Shown here: positions 1 through 13,896 of the stretch, in pieces | Layout of the letters: each line of letters starts with the position of its first letter | Position numbering within the stretch: the first letter of the stretch is position 1 | Assembly (NCBI GenBank): GCA_013239625.1 | Contig: MU054693.1 | Span: forward strand, 9,432,443 to 9,496,442 | Origin: Lama guanicoe | Taxonomy: Eukaryota | DNA: 64,000 nucleotides | Direction: 5' to 3' | The notes under the pieces: model-generated | Told to the model about the DNA's origin: nothing | What the model saw: the letters and a program-made list of their open reading frames with translations, nothing else | Database searches by the model: none | Translations under genes and position numbers: made by a program

Positions 1-714
1 GCTTGGCACAGTGGCTGACGTAGAGCAGCCCATATAAAACACTTGTTTGGTGAAAGAAGGGATTTCTCTGCATTTCAATGCCCGGCTACATCTAGCCAGA
101 GGTGCCTTTGTTGGAATGAGTTAAGTGGGCAGAAGCTGAATCCTGCTAACATCTCAAAACACAGACCCTGAGAGACTCAAAGAGCATCTCCTTTGGAGAT
201 TTGTGGCCCCCGGATATCCCACCTAATTGGGAAACCAGTCCCTGGTTGTCAGCCTTCAAGCCATTGTTGGATCCTGAGGGCTTTGAGACCAAGGCTGGGA
301 TGTTATATATATTTATGTACATACGTGTGTATGTGTACGTGTGTGAATTATTTTATTATAGGCTTCTTTTCCCACTTTAATTGTTGCTGAGCTCATGTTT
401 TATTTTAATGAATGTTTTAATTTAGTACATGCACCATGAGGCACTTTCTCCGAGGGTGTAATTAAGTTTGAAAAAAACAATTGGCTACTCTAGCATTTGA
501 GGCTAGGAGAACAAGGCTCAGAAAGGGTGGGTTTGTGGCCCAAAGTCAGTGGGAAAATTAGGGATGAATTTGAGAGGCGAAAAGTCTTTAGGGAATCTTG
601 TGGAACGTTATCAACCCGTCTCCATCTGAGCCAACTCAGAGAGCAGGTGAATGAGATTTACGAGACCTGCTATGTGACGCCTGCATGTTACACACAACGT
701 TCTGAAGTATCACT

Positions 715-880
715 TTCTCCTCTCAACAACCCACAAAGCAGTTTTTCTTGTTGTCATCTCTTAGACAAAGAAAGTAAGGCTCAGAGATTCAGCAGGCTTT
801 TCTGAGTCTAGCAAATGGCAAAAAGAGTCAGAATTTGAACCCCCATCACTCTGTTCTCTAACTCTGGGTTCATTTTACCA
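715..880 (-). mobile_element. MIR SINE fragment
   Basis: Degenerate reverse MIR core (ctcaacaacccac...aaggctcagaga...gaatttgaaccc); approximate bounds. Confidence 0.65.
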
Positions 881-1354
881 AACCACTTTCTTACTTGGGG
901 ACACACAGAAAATATTGGGCAACCCCCCTCCCCTGGAGTTAGGTACAGGAATATTCTCACTTACCTAAGAAGGATGAGGCTGTCTGATGCTTTCCGTAGA
1001 ACTAGTGAATCTCTCTGGTGAGGTTCAAAGTCAACTTCAGTTCTATGCATTTTTTGAGAGTCGCTTTAAAACTCGCACAATACCTCTGCTCCGCCCACCC
1101 CCAGCACTACCTCAATTACTACTAACGACTTTGCCTGAACTATTCTGAGCACATCCTGTCACAACTCTAAGAGGCAGTTCTATTATTATCATGAGATTCA
1201 TGACAGCTCACGTTTTCAGAGATCACATTTCTTTCAAAGCTAGTCCCTCCTCAGATCATGGGGTCCGAAGACATCTTGGTTGGGAAAGCTCTGGGTTCAG
1301 ACCCAGTTGGGATCTCAGCCCCACATCTTCCCAGCCGTGCATCCTTTACTGATA

Positions 1355-1690
1355 GATTCCATGTTTATTGGCTCCTATCATGGTTGTTCCAGAGGCTGGG
1401 AATCCTGAGATGATCTCAGCTCTCACACAGCTTACCTTCCACCAGGCAGACCCAGGCAATGAACAAATGAAGGAATATATACATAAAAGGGACTGTCGGA
1501 CAATGATGTGTGCTTTGTGGGAAACAAAACAGGGAGGTGGTTACAGAGTCCTGGAGGGATGCCCTCGGAAGTCTGTTCTGAGATGATGCCTAAGCTGAGG
1601 TCTAGGCATCAAGCAGCGGCCAGCCTGTCCAGAGCTGGGGGAGGCATCTCAGCAGGGGAGACAGCAGACAAAGAACTCAGGGTGGGAGGG
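1355..1690 (-). mobile_element. L2 LINE 3' fragment
   Basis: Reverse L2 tail pattern (tttattggctcct...ctctcacacagctta...aagctgagg); approximate bounds. Confidence 0.55.
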
Positions 1691-1769
1691 CTTCTCACTG
1701 CCATTTTCTTCCATTTCCTATGTCTTCCTGCATTTCTTCTTCCAGACACACCTGCTACAGTGGGTGACC

Positions 1770-1925
1770 TTATATTCACTTGTGGGACTATTTCGTTAGT
1801 GTCCTTCTCTCCAGTGTCCACAAAGTTTGATGGGGCAGGAGTCATGTCTTCTGTGTTCACCATTGTAACCACAGGGTACAAAGACAGCAGCTGGCTTGCA
1901 AATATTTGCTGAATGAATAAATGCT
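1770..1925 (+). mobile_element. L2 LINE 3' end
   Basis: Ends aaatatttgctgaatgaataaatg, the typical L2 tail. Confidence 0.65.
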
Positions 1926-2461
1926 TGTAAGTGCTATTCCCAACCACTGTTCATGTTTGTAAACTCTAAAGTGCAATCAACTGACATTTGATCAATAAGA
2001 CGACTAAAATCTGCAGGGTACAATGCTTACCTCCTACATTGTCTAGCGCTTTGTACTTGACTGAGAACTTCCACCATGTTCTAGTTATTCCAGACATGTG
2101 TTTGAACATCTACTGTGTACCTGACCTTTCACAGCTGAATCTTGTGAGACACATGATGGGGAGACAGTGCCTGCTGCATGTGCCCATTTCTCAGATGGGG
2201 GAAATGCCCCAGGCAATTTTATGGCCAAGGTCATTGATGGTCTAATGCTGCATTAATTCTTTCCCAAGTTTCATCCTTTCATTCTGGTCTGTCTGGGGAT
2301 GCACATCCTAGAACTCAAAAACCTGATGTTTGCTTGGGACAGGGGGCAGGTTGGAGGCTCTGGCCGGGGAGGGAGGCCAAGGAGTGTGAATATTTTGGTT
2401 CCTACAGTTCCTAGCACTTTCTTGGTGTCTGTGACATGAGGTGTGCTTGATAAATACACTC

Positions 2462-3260
2462 TTTTTTATGAAGTAGAGTCAGTTTACAATGTTGTGTTAA
2501 TTTCAGCATAGTGATTCAGTTATACATATGTGTATATATATGTTCCTCTTCATATTCTTTTTCATTATAAGCTATTACAAGATATTGAATATAGTTCCCT
2601 GTGCACTACAGTAGAATCCTGGTGTTTATCTATTTTATATACAGTAGTTAGCGTCTGCAAATTTCAAACTGCCAGTTTATCCCGTCCTACCTCCTTTCCC
2701 CCTGGGAACCATAAGTTTGTTCTCTATGTCTGTGAGTCTGTTTCTGCTTTGTAAATAAGTTCACTTGTATTATTTTTTAGATTCCCTATATCAGTGATAG
2801 TATATGATGCTTATCTTTCTCTTTCTGTGTTATTTCACTTTGAATNNNNNNNNNNNNNNNNNNNNNNNNNNNNNNNNNNNNNNNNNNNNNNNNNNNNNNN
2901 NNNNNNNNNNNNNNNNNNNNNNNNNNNNNNNNNNNNNNNNNNNNNNNNNNNNNNNNNNNNNNNNNNNNNNNNNNNNNNNNNNNNNNNNNNNNNNNNNNNN
3001 NNNNNNNNNNNNNNNNNNNNNNNNNNNNNNNNNNNNNNNNNNNNNNNNNNNNNNNNNNNNNNNNNNNNNNNNNNNNNNNNNNNNNNNNTTCCAATTAGCG
3101 TTTCCTCCAGATATATGCCCAGGAGTGGAATTGCTGGATCATAGGGTAGGTCTATTTTAAGTTTTTTAAGGAATCACCGTATTACTTTCCATAATGGCTG
3201 TGCCAAACAACATTCCCACCAACAGTGTAGGAGGGTTCCCTTTTCTCCACACCTTCTCTA
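2462..3260 (-). mobile_element. 5'-truncated LINE-1 (3' UTR + ORF2 end), spans gap 2846-3088
   Basis: Reverse L1 3' UTR and ORF2-end motifs (atatatgcccaggagtggaattgctggatcata; cattcccaccaacagtgtaggagggttccc). TSD gcttgataaat at 2445-2455 and 3261-3271. Inserted in an L2 tail. Confidence 0.9.
2846..3088. other. Assembly gap (N run) inside L1
   Basis: N run. Confidence 1.
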
Positions 3261-4779
3261 GCTTGATAAATTCTTTCTTGCTTGACCCTCTCCCTGTCCT
3301 TGGGAACCCCTATTCCCTCAGGATAATATCTAATCACTTGCATGGCCTTTGTCCTCCAGGCCTGCCTGGCACCCCTACTGGCTTTTCCATGAAAACAGCA
3401 GTGACACCAGCATGCCATCATCTCCTTGCTTCTCTGTGCTCCCAGGAGACCAGGGCAAGGCCAGCTCTCTCCCCTCTGTATTTCTATGCCCACACAGGGC
3501 CTGGCACATAGTAGGTCCTCAGTAAACGTCTGTCAAAGGGATGGGTGAAGGAAGCACACCCGCGCCGGGAGGCTGTAGGGCTGGAGCGTGTTCCCCACGT
3601 GCATTCGCCTTGCCTAGTGTTGGACTCGCTCACGGGGGCCACTGATCTTTGTTGCACGTTCTAAAGTGGGTGATGTCGCAGGTCTGCAGCTGTGTATCTG
3701 GCATGAGCTTGCATCCATCCTTGCAATTTGTGAGCACGGAGGCCGTTTAATTAAACGGGACAGAATTGAATCTGGGAGGCTGTTATCACCGATATTGCTT
3801 TCTGAGCATGGCCTGGCTGCGAGGGAATCTGAGGGAGGCTAGGAAGTGAGCTTCCCCGCTCATTCTGGACCAGCTCTCACCCTCCGACCCAGATGGCATC
3901 GAGAGGTGCCTGAGATTCTGGGCACAGATCGAAGCCCTCTGCATGCACACCCCCATTGGTGGGCCTGAGTCACTGACAGGCGTGTGCCTCTCCCCAGGAG
4001 GCAGCCAGAGCTCCCTGAGCTAATTTTGCAGAGGGGAACCTTGCCAAGCCAGAGCAAGCTTTCATTTGCCTAAGTTTGCATCAATAATTAATCCAACCCG
4101 GTTTTACACAAGACTTGACATAAAATGATTAGCTCTGAGAGCTTCTCTTCAGCTCATCTCCGAAGAGGGCTATCACGAATCCAAAAATTGACGACCCCTG
4201 AGAGTTCAGATGGGCAGCTCAGAAAGTCTTCTCTCCTTCCCCAGTTTAAGTCCCTCCATGGCTCCATCAAGGCCTTGGCCATTGTCAGCCATGACTTTCC
4301 AAAGTCCAGGTCCTTCAATGGTGTTCCACCCTGCTCCTAATTCAGCACCCACTGGTATTTCCAATACAGCCTGCTTTCTCTCACAACTCCCCTCCAGTCT
4401 CCCTCCATTAGCACCAAATGGCCTTAACCCACTGCCCCTTGTTGCCTTGGCTTGTGCTTCACACCCACGTTTCTGTGGGTTGAACTCTCATGCATCCTTC
4501 AAGGCTGAAATCCAATGTCACTTCTTCTAGGAAGCCATTTCTGAATTCTCCAATAAGGACTATCTTCTTTTTCCTGCCTTCTAGTTGCCTCTACTTTGAA
4601 ACATACCCCAGTCTGTCTTGTCCTACATCATTTACATACATGTCTTCAACCCCAAGATAGTCTAGGTTTCCAGGGGCAGCTAACAATGATTAGTGATGGA
4701 ATACCCACTCGATGTCAGTGGCTCTCACCAAGGGAAGGAGGCAGACGTGCACCTCCTTGTTTTTTTCCCCTGAATTGAA

Positions 4780-5563
4780 TTCTCAATCTTATTTCCAAAT
4801 TTAGCTAATAGCACCAGTACCTTCTCAGTTCCTTGAGCTTAAAACGTCGTCTTTTTGGCCATATGTTTTTTCTTCTTTCTCCAGCCAAGTGGTCATAAGG
4901 CTTATCATTTATCCTTACAAACATCTCCAGAATCTATCTTGCTTACTAGTCCCTTTGTTATATGGTGGGAGACCTATGAATCTCTTCCCAAGTGAGGAAA
5001 GAGCTTCCGATCTGCAGTCCCTACCTGGGGTCCCCACCAACTGTGTCCTTTTCCCATTGTCCCACCAGAGCCCTGTTCTCCTGTTCACACCTCCTTACTG
5101 TTTAAGGCGAAAGCTCTAACTCCCCAGGCCCATTTCTCGCTAGTCCCCAACCTACACCAAACCCCACTCAACTTCCCATCACTGCTCAATTATCCCCTGC
5201 TCTTTGAGACCTCTCTGCACTTTCTCCTGTCTAGAAGAAACTTCCAGTTCCCTCACCCACCTCCCAACCGTCCACACATCTTCCAAAGCCCAGCTCAAAA
5301 GTCACCTCCTTTGGAGTCGACTCATTTCTCCCTTTGCAGAGTTAAGGAATCTATTCTTTGCTCCAACATCACGTTGCTCACACTTTGATGATATCCATGT
5401 GTTGTGTATCTGCATTCACACTTCTGTCCCCTGCACTCTGCCTTAGCACCCGATCCCTTTCAGGGAGGGTAGTGACCACATCTTGGTTTTTATCTCCCGT
5501 TCCCCAAAGGTCTAGCCCAAAATTTGGCCCACAGCAGGTGTTCAATCAATATTTGTTGAATTA
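4780..5563 (+). mobile_element. L2 LINE fragment(s)
   Basis: aagcccagctcaaaagtcacctcc and 3' tail caggtgttcaatcaatatttgttgaat. Confidence 0.6.
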
Positions 5564-5749
5564 TTAGATAAGTCCTGGAGGAACTGGGAATTCGAGAAGG
5601 CAGTCTGATGATCTATTGGACAAGAAGTTATCTTCTATTGTTATATCATCATCGGTTTTGTTGCTACTGTTTCTCAGTCATCAAGCAACATGTAGGACTT
5701 GTTCATCTGTCCCAAACTCTCAGGCAAGTTTATGTTTTAAATATTCCAT

Positions 5750-6345
5750 GATTTCTCAAAAACCAAAATAGAACTACCATACGACCCTGGAATTTCACTC
5801 CTGGGTATATATCTGAAAAAAAACCAAAAACACAAATTCAAAAAGATACATGCACCTCAGTGTTCATTGCAGCATTATTTACAGTTACCAAGATATGGAA
5901 GAAACCTAAGTGTCCATCAACAGAAGAATGGATAAAGAAGAGGTGACAAATATATATAAACATACACACACAATGGAATATTACTCAGCCAGAAAAAGAA
6001 CAAAATGTTGCCATTTCCAGCAACATGAATAGACTTGGAAGGTGTTATGTTATATGAAATAAATCAGGCAGAGGAAGACAAATACTGTATGATATCACTT
6101 ATATGTGGAATCTAAAAATACGACAAGCTAATGAATATAACAAAACAGAAGCAGACTCACAGATACAGAGAACAAACTAGTGGTTACCAGTGGGGGGTTG
6201 GGGCAAATATAGGGGTGGGGAGATAGGAGGTCAAACCATTGGGTGTAAGATAGCTTCAAGGGTGTATTGTACAACACGGAGAATATAGCCAATATGTTGT
6301 AATAATTGTAAATGGAGTGTAAACTTAAAAAATTATATAAAATAT
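5750..6345 (+). mobile_element. 5'-truncated LINE-1 (ORF2 end + 3' UTR)
   Basis: tagaactaccatacgaccc, cctaagtgtccatcaacagaagaatggataaagaag, gcagactcacagatacagagaacaaactagtggttacc. Confidence 0.9.
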
Positions 6346-9300
6346 ATTTTATATTGTTGTTCCCCAAAGACCATTCAGAACAGACATCCCAAATAGCTTG
6401 TTTTTAAATAAAGCCCCTTCCAAAAAATATTTAATGCCTGCTCTATTCTCCGCCCTGGGTTAGATGCTGGGAGAGGTACCCGAAACAACATGGTCCCTGC
6501 ACGGGGAGAAGGTCACCGTCTGCTTTGGAGACACAGCAAATACAGACTGGAGTGTGTCTGATAGTGATGCTTCTGATCATAAAGTCAGTAACCGAAAGGC
6601 AGCCTCCAAGGAAATAGAGCTATAACTGAACTCTCCATTTTAGCCGTCGGCAGTAGCAAGGAGCCTTTCAAGTGGAGAGTGAAATCACTGTGTTCAGAAA
6701 GGCATCACGGAGGGGTAGTTTGCTGAACAAGATGGATCGAAGTATCTGTCTTCTTTGCCAGTTGGCCAGCACATTTACTCGCCACAGCCATCTTCTTTTT
6801 TCCCCTCCACGCCTCATACAACCACCTTCTCTTTTTCTTTCCAATAAATCTCCTTTTGTTTCTCTTGAGACTCTCCTGCCAGCTTGTCAAGAACTCTGCA
6901 CAAAATAGTGTATTTCTGTCAAGAGCTCCGTGTGAAGTGTTAACTGTCTTCTGAACACAGGAGGCAGCTGAGGCGGTGTGCGGGGACAGCCTGGGCCTGA
7001 TGCCTGTTTACATCCCTTCCTGCAAGCTCTGAGCCGACTCAAGTCTGCTGATTCAGCTTCAGAGACTGGGCTCACGGTCCTGCTCAGCTCCCAAATTCTC
7101 TCTCAGAGACAGCCGTGGAGAGGAGAGGATGCCTGTGGGCCTGCTCTTCTGGGACCCCTGGAGCAGTAGTCCCATCTCAGGACCCTGGACAGCACCATGC
7201 CAATGTGTAAAGGTGCAGGGCTTCAGCTAACCTGTTGTGTGTCTTTGGTCTGGGTACTGCACCTGTCTTTAGATTCCCCACCTGCGTGAAAGTGGGAGTA
7301 GATAATCCCTAGGGTGTCTCCCTAGTCTGTCATTCCATCATTTCACAAATCTACAGCAGCTAAAACTCGTTGAACATGTGATACTCTCCTGGGAATCCAA
7401 AGTCAATAGAAAAAGAAATGGTCTAAGTAATTCAAAGACCCAGGAGGGAAATTCTTTTTGGGAAGTAAGATAACAATGATAATAAAATCTAAGATCACAG
7501 TGCTTTTCCATCTCTTATCTGATTCTCCCAACAGTCCTGTGGGAAGACAGCCAGTTACACAGGACATCCCCCTGGACCATTAGAGCCACTGTGGACAGAT
7601 TTTCAGGTTGCGCACTGCACAAGGGCAGCACATCTGAGGAAATGCCATTCGTGTTAGAAATCCAGACTGACTTCTCCGAGAGGGTGTGCTTGGTCACCAA
7701 GAATCCAGGCCTACCAGCTGGCACCAGGATTTGTGTACACACGCTCCTGGGAGCCCCTATGCCACACCCACTTGTGAATGTACACGTGCATGCTTGCTCC
7801 TGTCCTGACCACACTTCGGATGACTTCTGAGAGGACCTACCCAGTCTCTTGGACGGTGGGGCTAGGGTCTTAGAGAGCGTGCTCTGCAGGGCAGGTGTAC
7901 CTCTGCCAGCGGGGTAGGGGTGAGTGGAGGGGGTGGCAGTGCATTTGCTCTGAAACCTCCCTGCAGTGCACAGGCAGTCCTAGCCTAGGGGATACCCACA
8001 CAGCCACCACAGCACCTGCTTCTTAATGGGACATATACACTCTGGCATTAATTTAAAAAGAAGCTGGAGACACTGAGGTTCTGTGCTAGTAAATTTTTGC
8101 TGATGGAGCAGATTAAAGTCAGGTCGAGAACTTTTTCTATCCTGGCCCTGTTCCTCACTTCCCTTCCTCCACCTTTCCCTTTGTTATGTGACGGCCACAT
8201 CAGGGGCACCCAACATAGCTGGAGGGGCCATATACCTGCATCCCTGCTTGTGCCAAAGCCAGACTGCTTATGGTTGTCCGGGTTAATACCCCAACTCTAA
8301 ACATTGTTGCTGGAGAGAGGGTATTTTTTTTTCTAATTTGCACAGAGGCACTATTCAGCTAACAGTGGGGGCTCTCCTGGGCCCATACTTTGTTGCAGAC
8401 ACCAAAGATGCCTTCCCAAGATACAGGTTGGATCACGCTACTTCCTCCTTCTAACACCTGCAATGACTCCCCATTGTCCATGAGAGGCCTTTGCACGTGT
8501 GGAGGAAAAAGGGCATATTCCAGAACTGCAGGGCTCATGATCAAAATACACACTTCCAGGTTCCACCCAGATGGAAAATGTTGGCAGGGATGTGAAGTGG
8601 GGAGAGAGGTGGAGACAGAAGTTATGTGTATTATAAAAAAGGCCCAGGGATCTGACACATCATCCTGACCAAGAAACACCCTCCTTAAGGATACAGTGTA
8701 GACCTTGCTGTGGTATTCAAGGCTTTCTGAGACCAGTCCTGGCCTAATTACCCCGCTCCTTCTCCTTCCCACAACCCATGCTCCAGATCACTCGGGCTTT
8801 CCCCCACTATCTAGACATACAGTCTGGATGCCACTTCCTCTGTGAAGCCCTCTTTGATTCTACAGTGCAAATGGCTCCCTTCTTCCTTTGTGCCTCCACA
8901 TCCTGACCAGATGAGAGTTAGGATGTGGAGACATCTGGAGTGTAAGTGATACTATCGCAGAGCCCCAGCCAGTATCTTCATGATGTCAAATTTTGGAGGA
9001 AGGACCGAGGAAAGATATTTGTGAGTGTGTGTGCCTGTGTGTGTGTGTGTAGGTGTCCGAGTGCAAGGGAAGATGCAGGGAAAGAAGGATGGCAGAATTT
9101 GGTGGCCTGTGTCCCCTGCCATCAGCAGAGGGGACTGGTTTTGAGCGTTGATGGAGGGAGGACAGCTGAACTAGAGGAGCTGCATTCTGCTTCGGGTCTG
9201 GGGCACGTGCCCTCTCCCAGTGGGTAGAGGATTTCTCCTGGCCCCACTCACTCAGCCCCAGACCCCCGGTGCACCTCGGACTGACCCAAAACAGAGACGG

Positions 9301-9529
9301 GCACCGCCAGCTACTAGTGCAGGTGGGTTGGCTGGTGTTCTCCTGGTGCAAAGGTGAAAAATTGAGTAGAGGTTGTCTGTAAACTGGTGTCTGGACCCCA
9401 AATGCGCTCTCTGCTGGGTGCTTTCCTGCCCCATGCGTCATACTGCCCCTGGCGAGTGGGGAGGATGAGAGGTAGCCCTTGATCTCACAAAAAGCTTGAG
9501 ATACTTCTTCATCTTGGAAACCTGGCTCA

Positions 9530-10035
9530 CCCTATTTAATGCTCATGACAATCCTGCAATACAGTTATTATTCAGCCTATTTTACAGAGGAGGAAAATAA
9601 AGATCAAAAAGGCAGTAACTCCTGCGTGGGGATCATACAGTTAGAAAGTGGTGGGGGTGCTGTGTAAACCTGAATCTGTTGGACTCCAAGGTCTGCAATG
9701 TTTCTACCACACTCAGTAGGAGCTGTTCTCCTCTACCTCCAAGGTCATTTCTGGGTTCTGACTCTGTACCTCTGTGATACTAGGCGGGGCTCAGATCCAG
9801 TCCACATCTCTTGGGCTCCACACACGTGTACCCTGGTGGTTGAGAACTGAGTCCCTGCGGCCACATTCACCTGAGATGCATCACATATTAGCCGAATGAC
9901 CTTGGACTAGTAGCTCAACTTTTCTGAGCCTATTTCTTCATAGAGTTGTGACGGGGAATAAAGAGGAAGATATATTTAAGAATTTAGCAGAGTGTCTGGC
10001 ATATAGCAAGTGTGTAATAAATGATGGCTGTTAAA
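9530..10035. mobile_element. Two MIR fragments (9530-9710 minus; 9880-10035 plus)
   Basis: attttacagaggaggaaa; tgaccttgg...gtgtctggcatatagcaagtgtgtaataaatg. Confidence 0.65.
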
Positions 10036-10137
10036 GTTATTAGCTATCTATTCAATAAGCTTTCACAGAGGACACGCCCTGTGCTAGGTGTTGAATCTGG
10101 CCTGGTGATGCATGTATCCCTGCGAATTCATCTCTGC

Positions 10138-10216
10138 CCTTCCTTCCTTCCTTCCTTCCTTCCTTCCTTCCTTCCTTCCTTCCTTCCTTCCTTCATTCCT
10201 TCCTTCTTCATTCATT
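10138..10216. repeat. (CCTT)n microsatellite, 14 perfect units then degenerate CATT
   Basis: Directly visible; explains the PSFL/RKEG ORFs. Confidence 0.97.
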
Positions 10217-12069
10217 CCCAGTCTTTGCTGGGGCCTGTGCTGCATACAGAGTGGAGAACTTCCCCCCCACCAGGCCTGCGGGGAGCTGCTGCTCTTATTT
10301 ATCATTTAGGAAGCATCTGCTCTTGGGTGAAATATCACCCTCATGAACAAACACTGTGCGGGCATTTGACCTTTTTCCACGAGCGCCGGCTTCTTTGCTT
10401 ACCACCAGGGATGAAGTGGATTTGAGCAGGAGACATGTGTCAAAGGACCTTTCAAAGGGGCCGCCAGATGGGTGCCTGGGTGATGACCCTGGGGCTGGGA
10501 GCCGCAGTCAAGACGGATTGGAGGCTGCTGAGGAACAAACCCAGTCCTGTCATTCTGCCGGGCAGAGAAATCACCCCAACATCTGCAGGTGCAAAATCTG
10601 GAAATGTTGTCAGTCTGGCAGATGCCAAGAACGCAAGGCAGGTCCCAGCCGCTGTGACCCTTGCCGCGTCGCGTTGGTCTCCCTCTCGTGCCCTCGGCAG
10701 CAGCGTGGCACCTGCCAGGCTGAACCCACAGGGCAGCTGCCCATAACCTCTCAGGTGGGTCTGCAAGTGACATCCGTGGGCCCTCGGGGGTTTGCAGTGG
10801 CGTCTCTGGGAAGCTTCCCAGCCCTCCCAGGGGCTGTGACCCAGAGTGGTCTGGGGTGGAGGCTGAGATTCCCAGAAGGAAAGAAAAGGATTCTATAAAA
10901 TAAAACCGTCCAGACAGTGCACTTGGACGAGAGGGCAAAGTTATCATCCTCACATCACTTCCAAAGGGCCCTTGCTTCTCCTGGGACGCCTTTGTAGGGC
11001 TCTCCTGTGGAACAGATCATTGATGCTAAATCGCTGTTCCGATGTAAGGGACTATTATTATTTTATTAATTGGCTTCCTTTGTTCACAAGCATTTACTGC
11101 GACCTACTGTGTTCCAGGTTCTTTGCTAGGGACAGAGGGATACAGAAATGAACAATCGAGGTCATTGCCGTGGCAAAGCTCACTGTCATGAGTGGGGTCA
11201 GCGTCAGGGGTGGGGTGGAGGTGGGGAGAGTAAGAGAGATGAGGTCAAGAGGTCCAAGTTACCTGCACAGAATAAAAGGCTCAGGAATCTCAACGCTGTC
11301 CCTGAGAGATGACCCTTTGGCAGGCTCAGGACCTGCAGGGTAGGCTGGTTTGGGACTTGTGAACAAGGAAGGCGTGGGGTTAGAAAGAAAGCACTGTACA
11401 TTTACAGCAAGTGAGCTAGGCTCGTTTTCCTGGCTAGCTGGGTCAATGAGGAAGTGGGGTCTGAGATTTGAAATGCAGCTCGTGGCTGAAGCACAGACAC
11501 CCTGGGGGGTTTCTTCTGAAGGCAGTCGGGGCCACTGAAAATGTTCAGGCTGTGTTTGAAAGCATCTCATGTTGTAGCATTTTATGGGCTGTGCTGGTGG
11601 GGGCACAAGACTGGAGGCAGGAAGATGAGTTAAGCGGCCACTGCATTCAGGCAGGAGGGCTGGAAATGAATGTCTCAGAATCTATCTCTGTCTGCAGTCA
11701 CACTTCTGACCCATCCCCAACCAGGGATCTGAACACCGATGAGCTGGAGACAAGGCTGGAACACGACTGTGCAGGAAGTGAAAAAGCAACACTTGCGGGA
11801 GAGTCAAGACGGCAGGAAATGTTTTCAATTCGGGGAGCTTCTAAAAGGAGCCTGCCTTCTCATTCCTCTGACCCCTCTTTTCATCTGCTTTGTTTGCAGC
11901 CAGGATCTCAGATTCTGCAAATGCATGAAGAACAAACAAACATGGAGATCAATGCAAAGTAGACAGGAGACCTTTCTAGGCTGGCAAGTGGAGATGGCAG
12001 GCAGTCTTCATTAATCCCCTTTCCTGGGGTGGATGGGCTGGGTGGACTGCGGGACACGGGGAGCTGTGA

Positions 12070-12250
12070 CGGAACCGGCTCAGGTCTCTGCCAGTCGGTC
12101 GCTGGGTAACCTTGACCAAGTCCCTTAACACACCTCTGAGCCGTAGTTTCCTTCTCTGAAAATGGGGTGGTCGCCATCTTGTAACGTTGTGAGGGTTATG
12201 CTGTCTTGGGGAAATTAGACATAAATTGTCTAATCAATGTTAGCTTCTTT
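12070..12250 (+). mobile_element. MIR SINE
   Basis: ctgggtaaccttgaccaagtcccttaac...cctctgagccgtagtttccttctctgaaaatgggg. Confidence 0.7.
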
Positions 12251-12382
12251 TCTCTGTCACTTGAAAGAGCCTGGTGGTCAGCATTTGTTGTAGCTAAAAT
12301 ACTGCCATGGGAGTATCTTTCTCTAGTTCAGTGTTAACTCTAGATGGGGATCTTTGCTAGGTTACAGTTCTCATGACAGAGG

Positions 12383-12384
<2 letters not shown>

Positions 12385-12424
<40 letters not shown>
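12385..12424. repeat. (GT)20 microsatellite
   Basis: Directly visible. Confidence 0.98.
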
Positions 12425-12427
<3 letters not shown>

Positions 12428-13896
12428 AAGCTGTTAGCAGTCATTTACACCTTAGTATGAATGAACCTTAATTTACAAGGTGTTCCAGCTGGAAAGGTCT
12501 TTACAGATGATCCAGGACAACCCACTTGTTTTGGTACTGGAGTTTCTGTAGTCTACAGAAGAGAGAGAGGTTCTCAAAGTCTTTAGCCAAAGCCTCCCAT
12601 AGCTTAATTGCTCCTCTTTCAATTATTCGTGATGAAAATGTGTTTATCATTTTGATAGGAGGCAGATACTGGAGCCTGAGATAGAAGCAAGGAGATGGCT
12701 GAGAAGAAAAATATGTAACTCAAAGAGGTAAAGTGTGCTGCCATGAGTTTTAAGGGTTTCTTCTTAGGTTTAGGGAGCTGTAAAGATGAGCCCCCCCCCA
12801 TGTGATCACAGAATTGCAGCCCAGGTCCCTCACCAGAAGTAGAAATGAGGTGATCTTGAGCCCTTCAGATGGCTAACCGAGATGCGGAAGGTAGCAGGTA
12901 TATGACCCTGGGCAAACTGCTTTGTCACTGGGAACCTCAGTATCTTCTTCATCTATACAATGAGAACATTCTTGTAACCCATCTATCCACATTGACTCTA
13001 ATATCCAGATCTTGAGAGCACTGAGCCTTCACTGACATCACGCACACTGTCCCCTCTTCCTGCAATGTCCTTCCACTCCTCCTCACACCTGGGGAAACTT
13101 ATCCTCATTCTTCTAGACGCAGCTCAACTCTCACCTCTCCTTGTGTTCCATCACATCTGGTACCTACCTTGAGCATTCATTTGTTTTGTTATTCAACAGA
13201 TATTGATCCTCTATCCAGGCTGTGTCAGGCTCTGAGCTTCCACCCCCTGTACCATCTGTGCACGTGTCAGCCTCCCCCGTCAGTCAGGCAAGGACTGTGC
13301 TTGATTGTTTTGTATGTTCTGAACATCTCACTAATGCCTGGCACAGAGCAGGTGCTTGTTAAGTGCTTGCCTCGTAAATGAATAGACAGTAGTGAATTGA
13401 GAGCTGGGGCCAATGGACTCCCAGTGTCCTTCCAGCTGGAATCACGTGTGAGTTTGCAGTTGTCAGTCTGCTGGGAGACACTGGGATTATGCTTCCTTTG
13501 GCCAACATCATTGAGCATCTATGAGGTTCCGGGCACTGTGTGGGCCCCTGGGGTGGCAATGTCCCTGTTCTCAGAGGGGTTAGTTCTGATGGGACACAGA
13601 CACATTCTTTCCCAGGGGGCCACCTGAACACACAATGGGGCATGCTCAGTGCCTAGAGAGAGCGGCATAGATAATGCCTGTGGTTTGGGGAAGGAGGAGT
13701 GGCATCAGGGAAGGCTTCATGGAAGAGGAGCCTGTGAGCTGAGACTGGAAACGGGAAGAATCTGGAGAAAGGAGGCAGGAAGTCCCAGGATCGGTTGTGG
13801 GAGAAGTAAGTTTTCCACTTCAGGTTGTATTTATAATAATTAAATACTATTTTTTCTCTCCACATAAAACTGAATTGTGCCTTTAGTCTCATCTGG

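Noticed and set aside
2786-3160. ORFs containing long X runs (at all five gaps)
   Set aside because: Artefacts of translating N gaps
3743-3758. Perfect 16-bp palindrome CCGTTTAATTAAACGG
   Set aside because: An 8-bp arm is expected about once per 65 kb by chance; of interest only if conserved
10021-10953. Stack of overlapping ORFs on both strands
   Set aside because: Partly translation of the CCTT microsatellite, partly GC-rich chance ORFs; no homology or convincing splice structure
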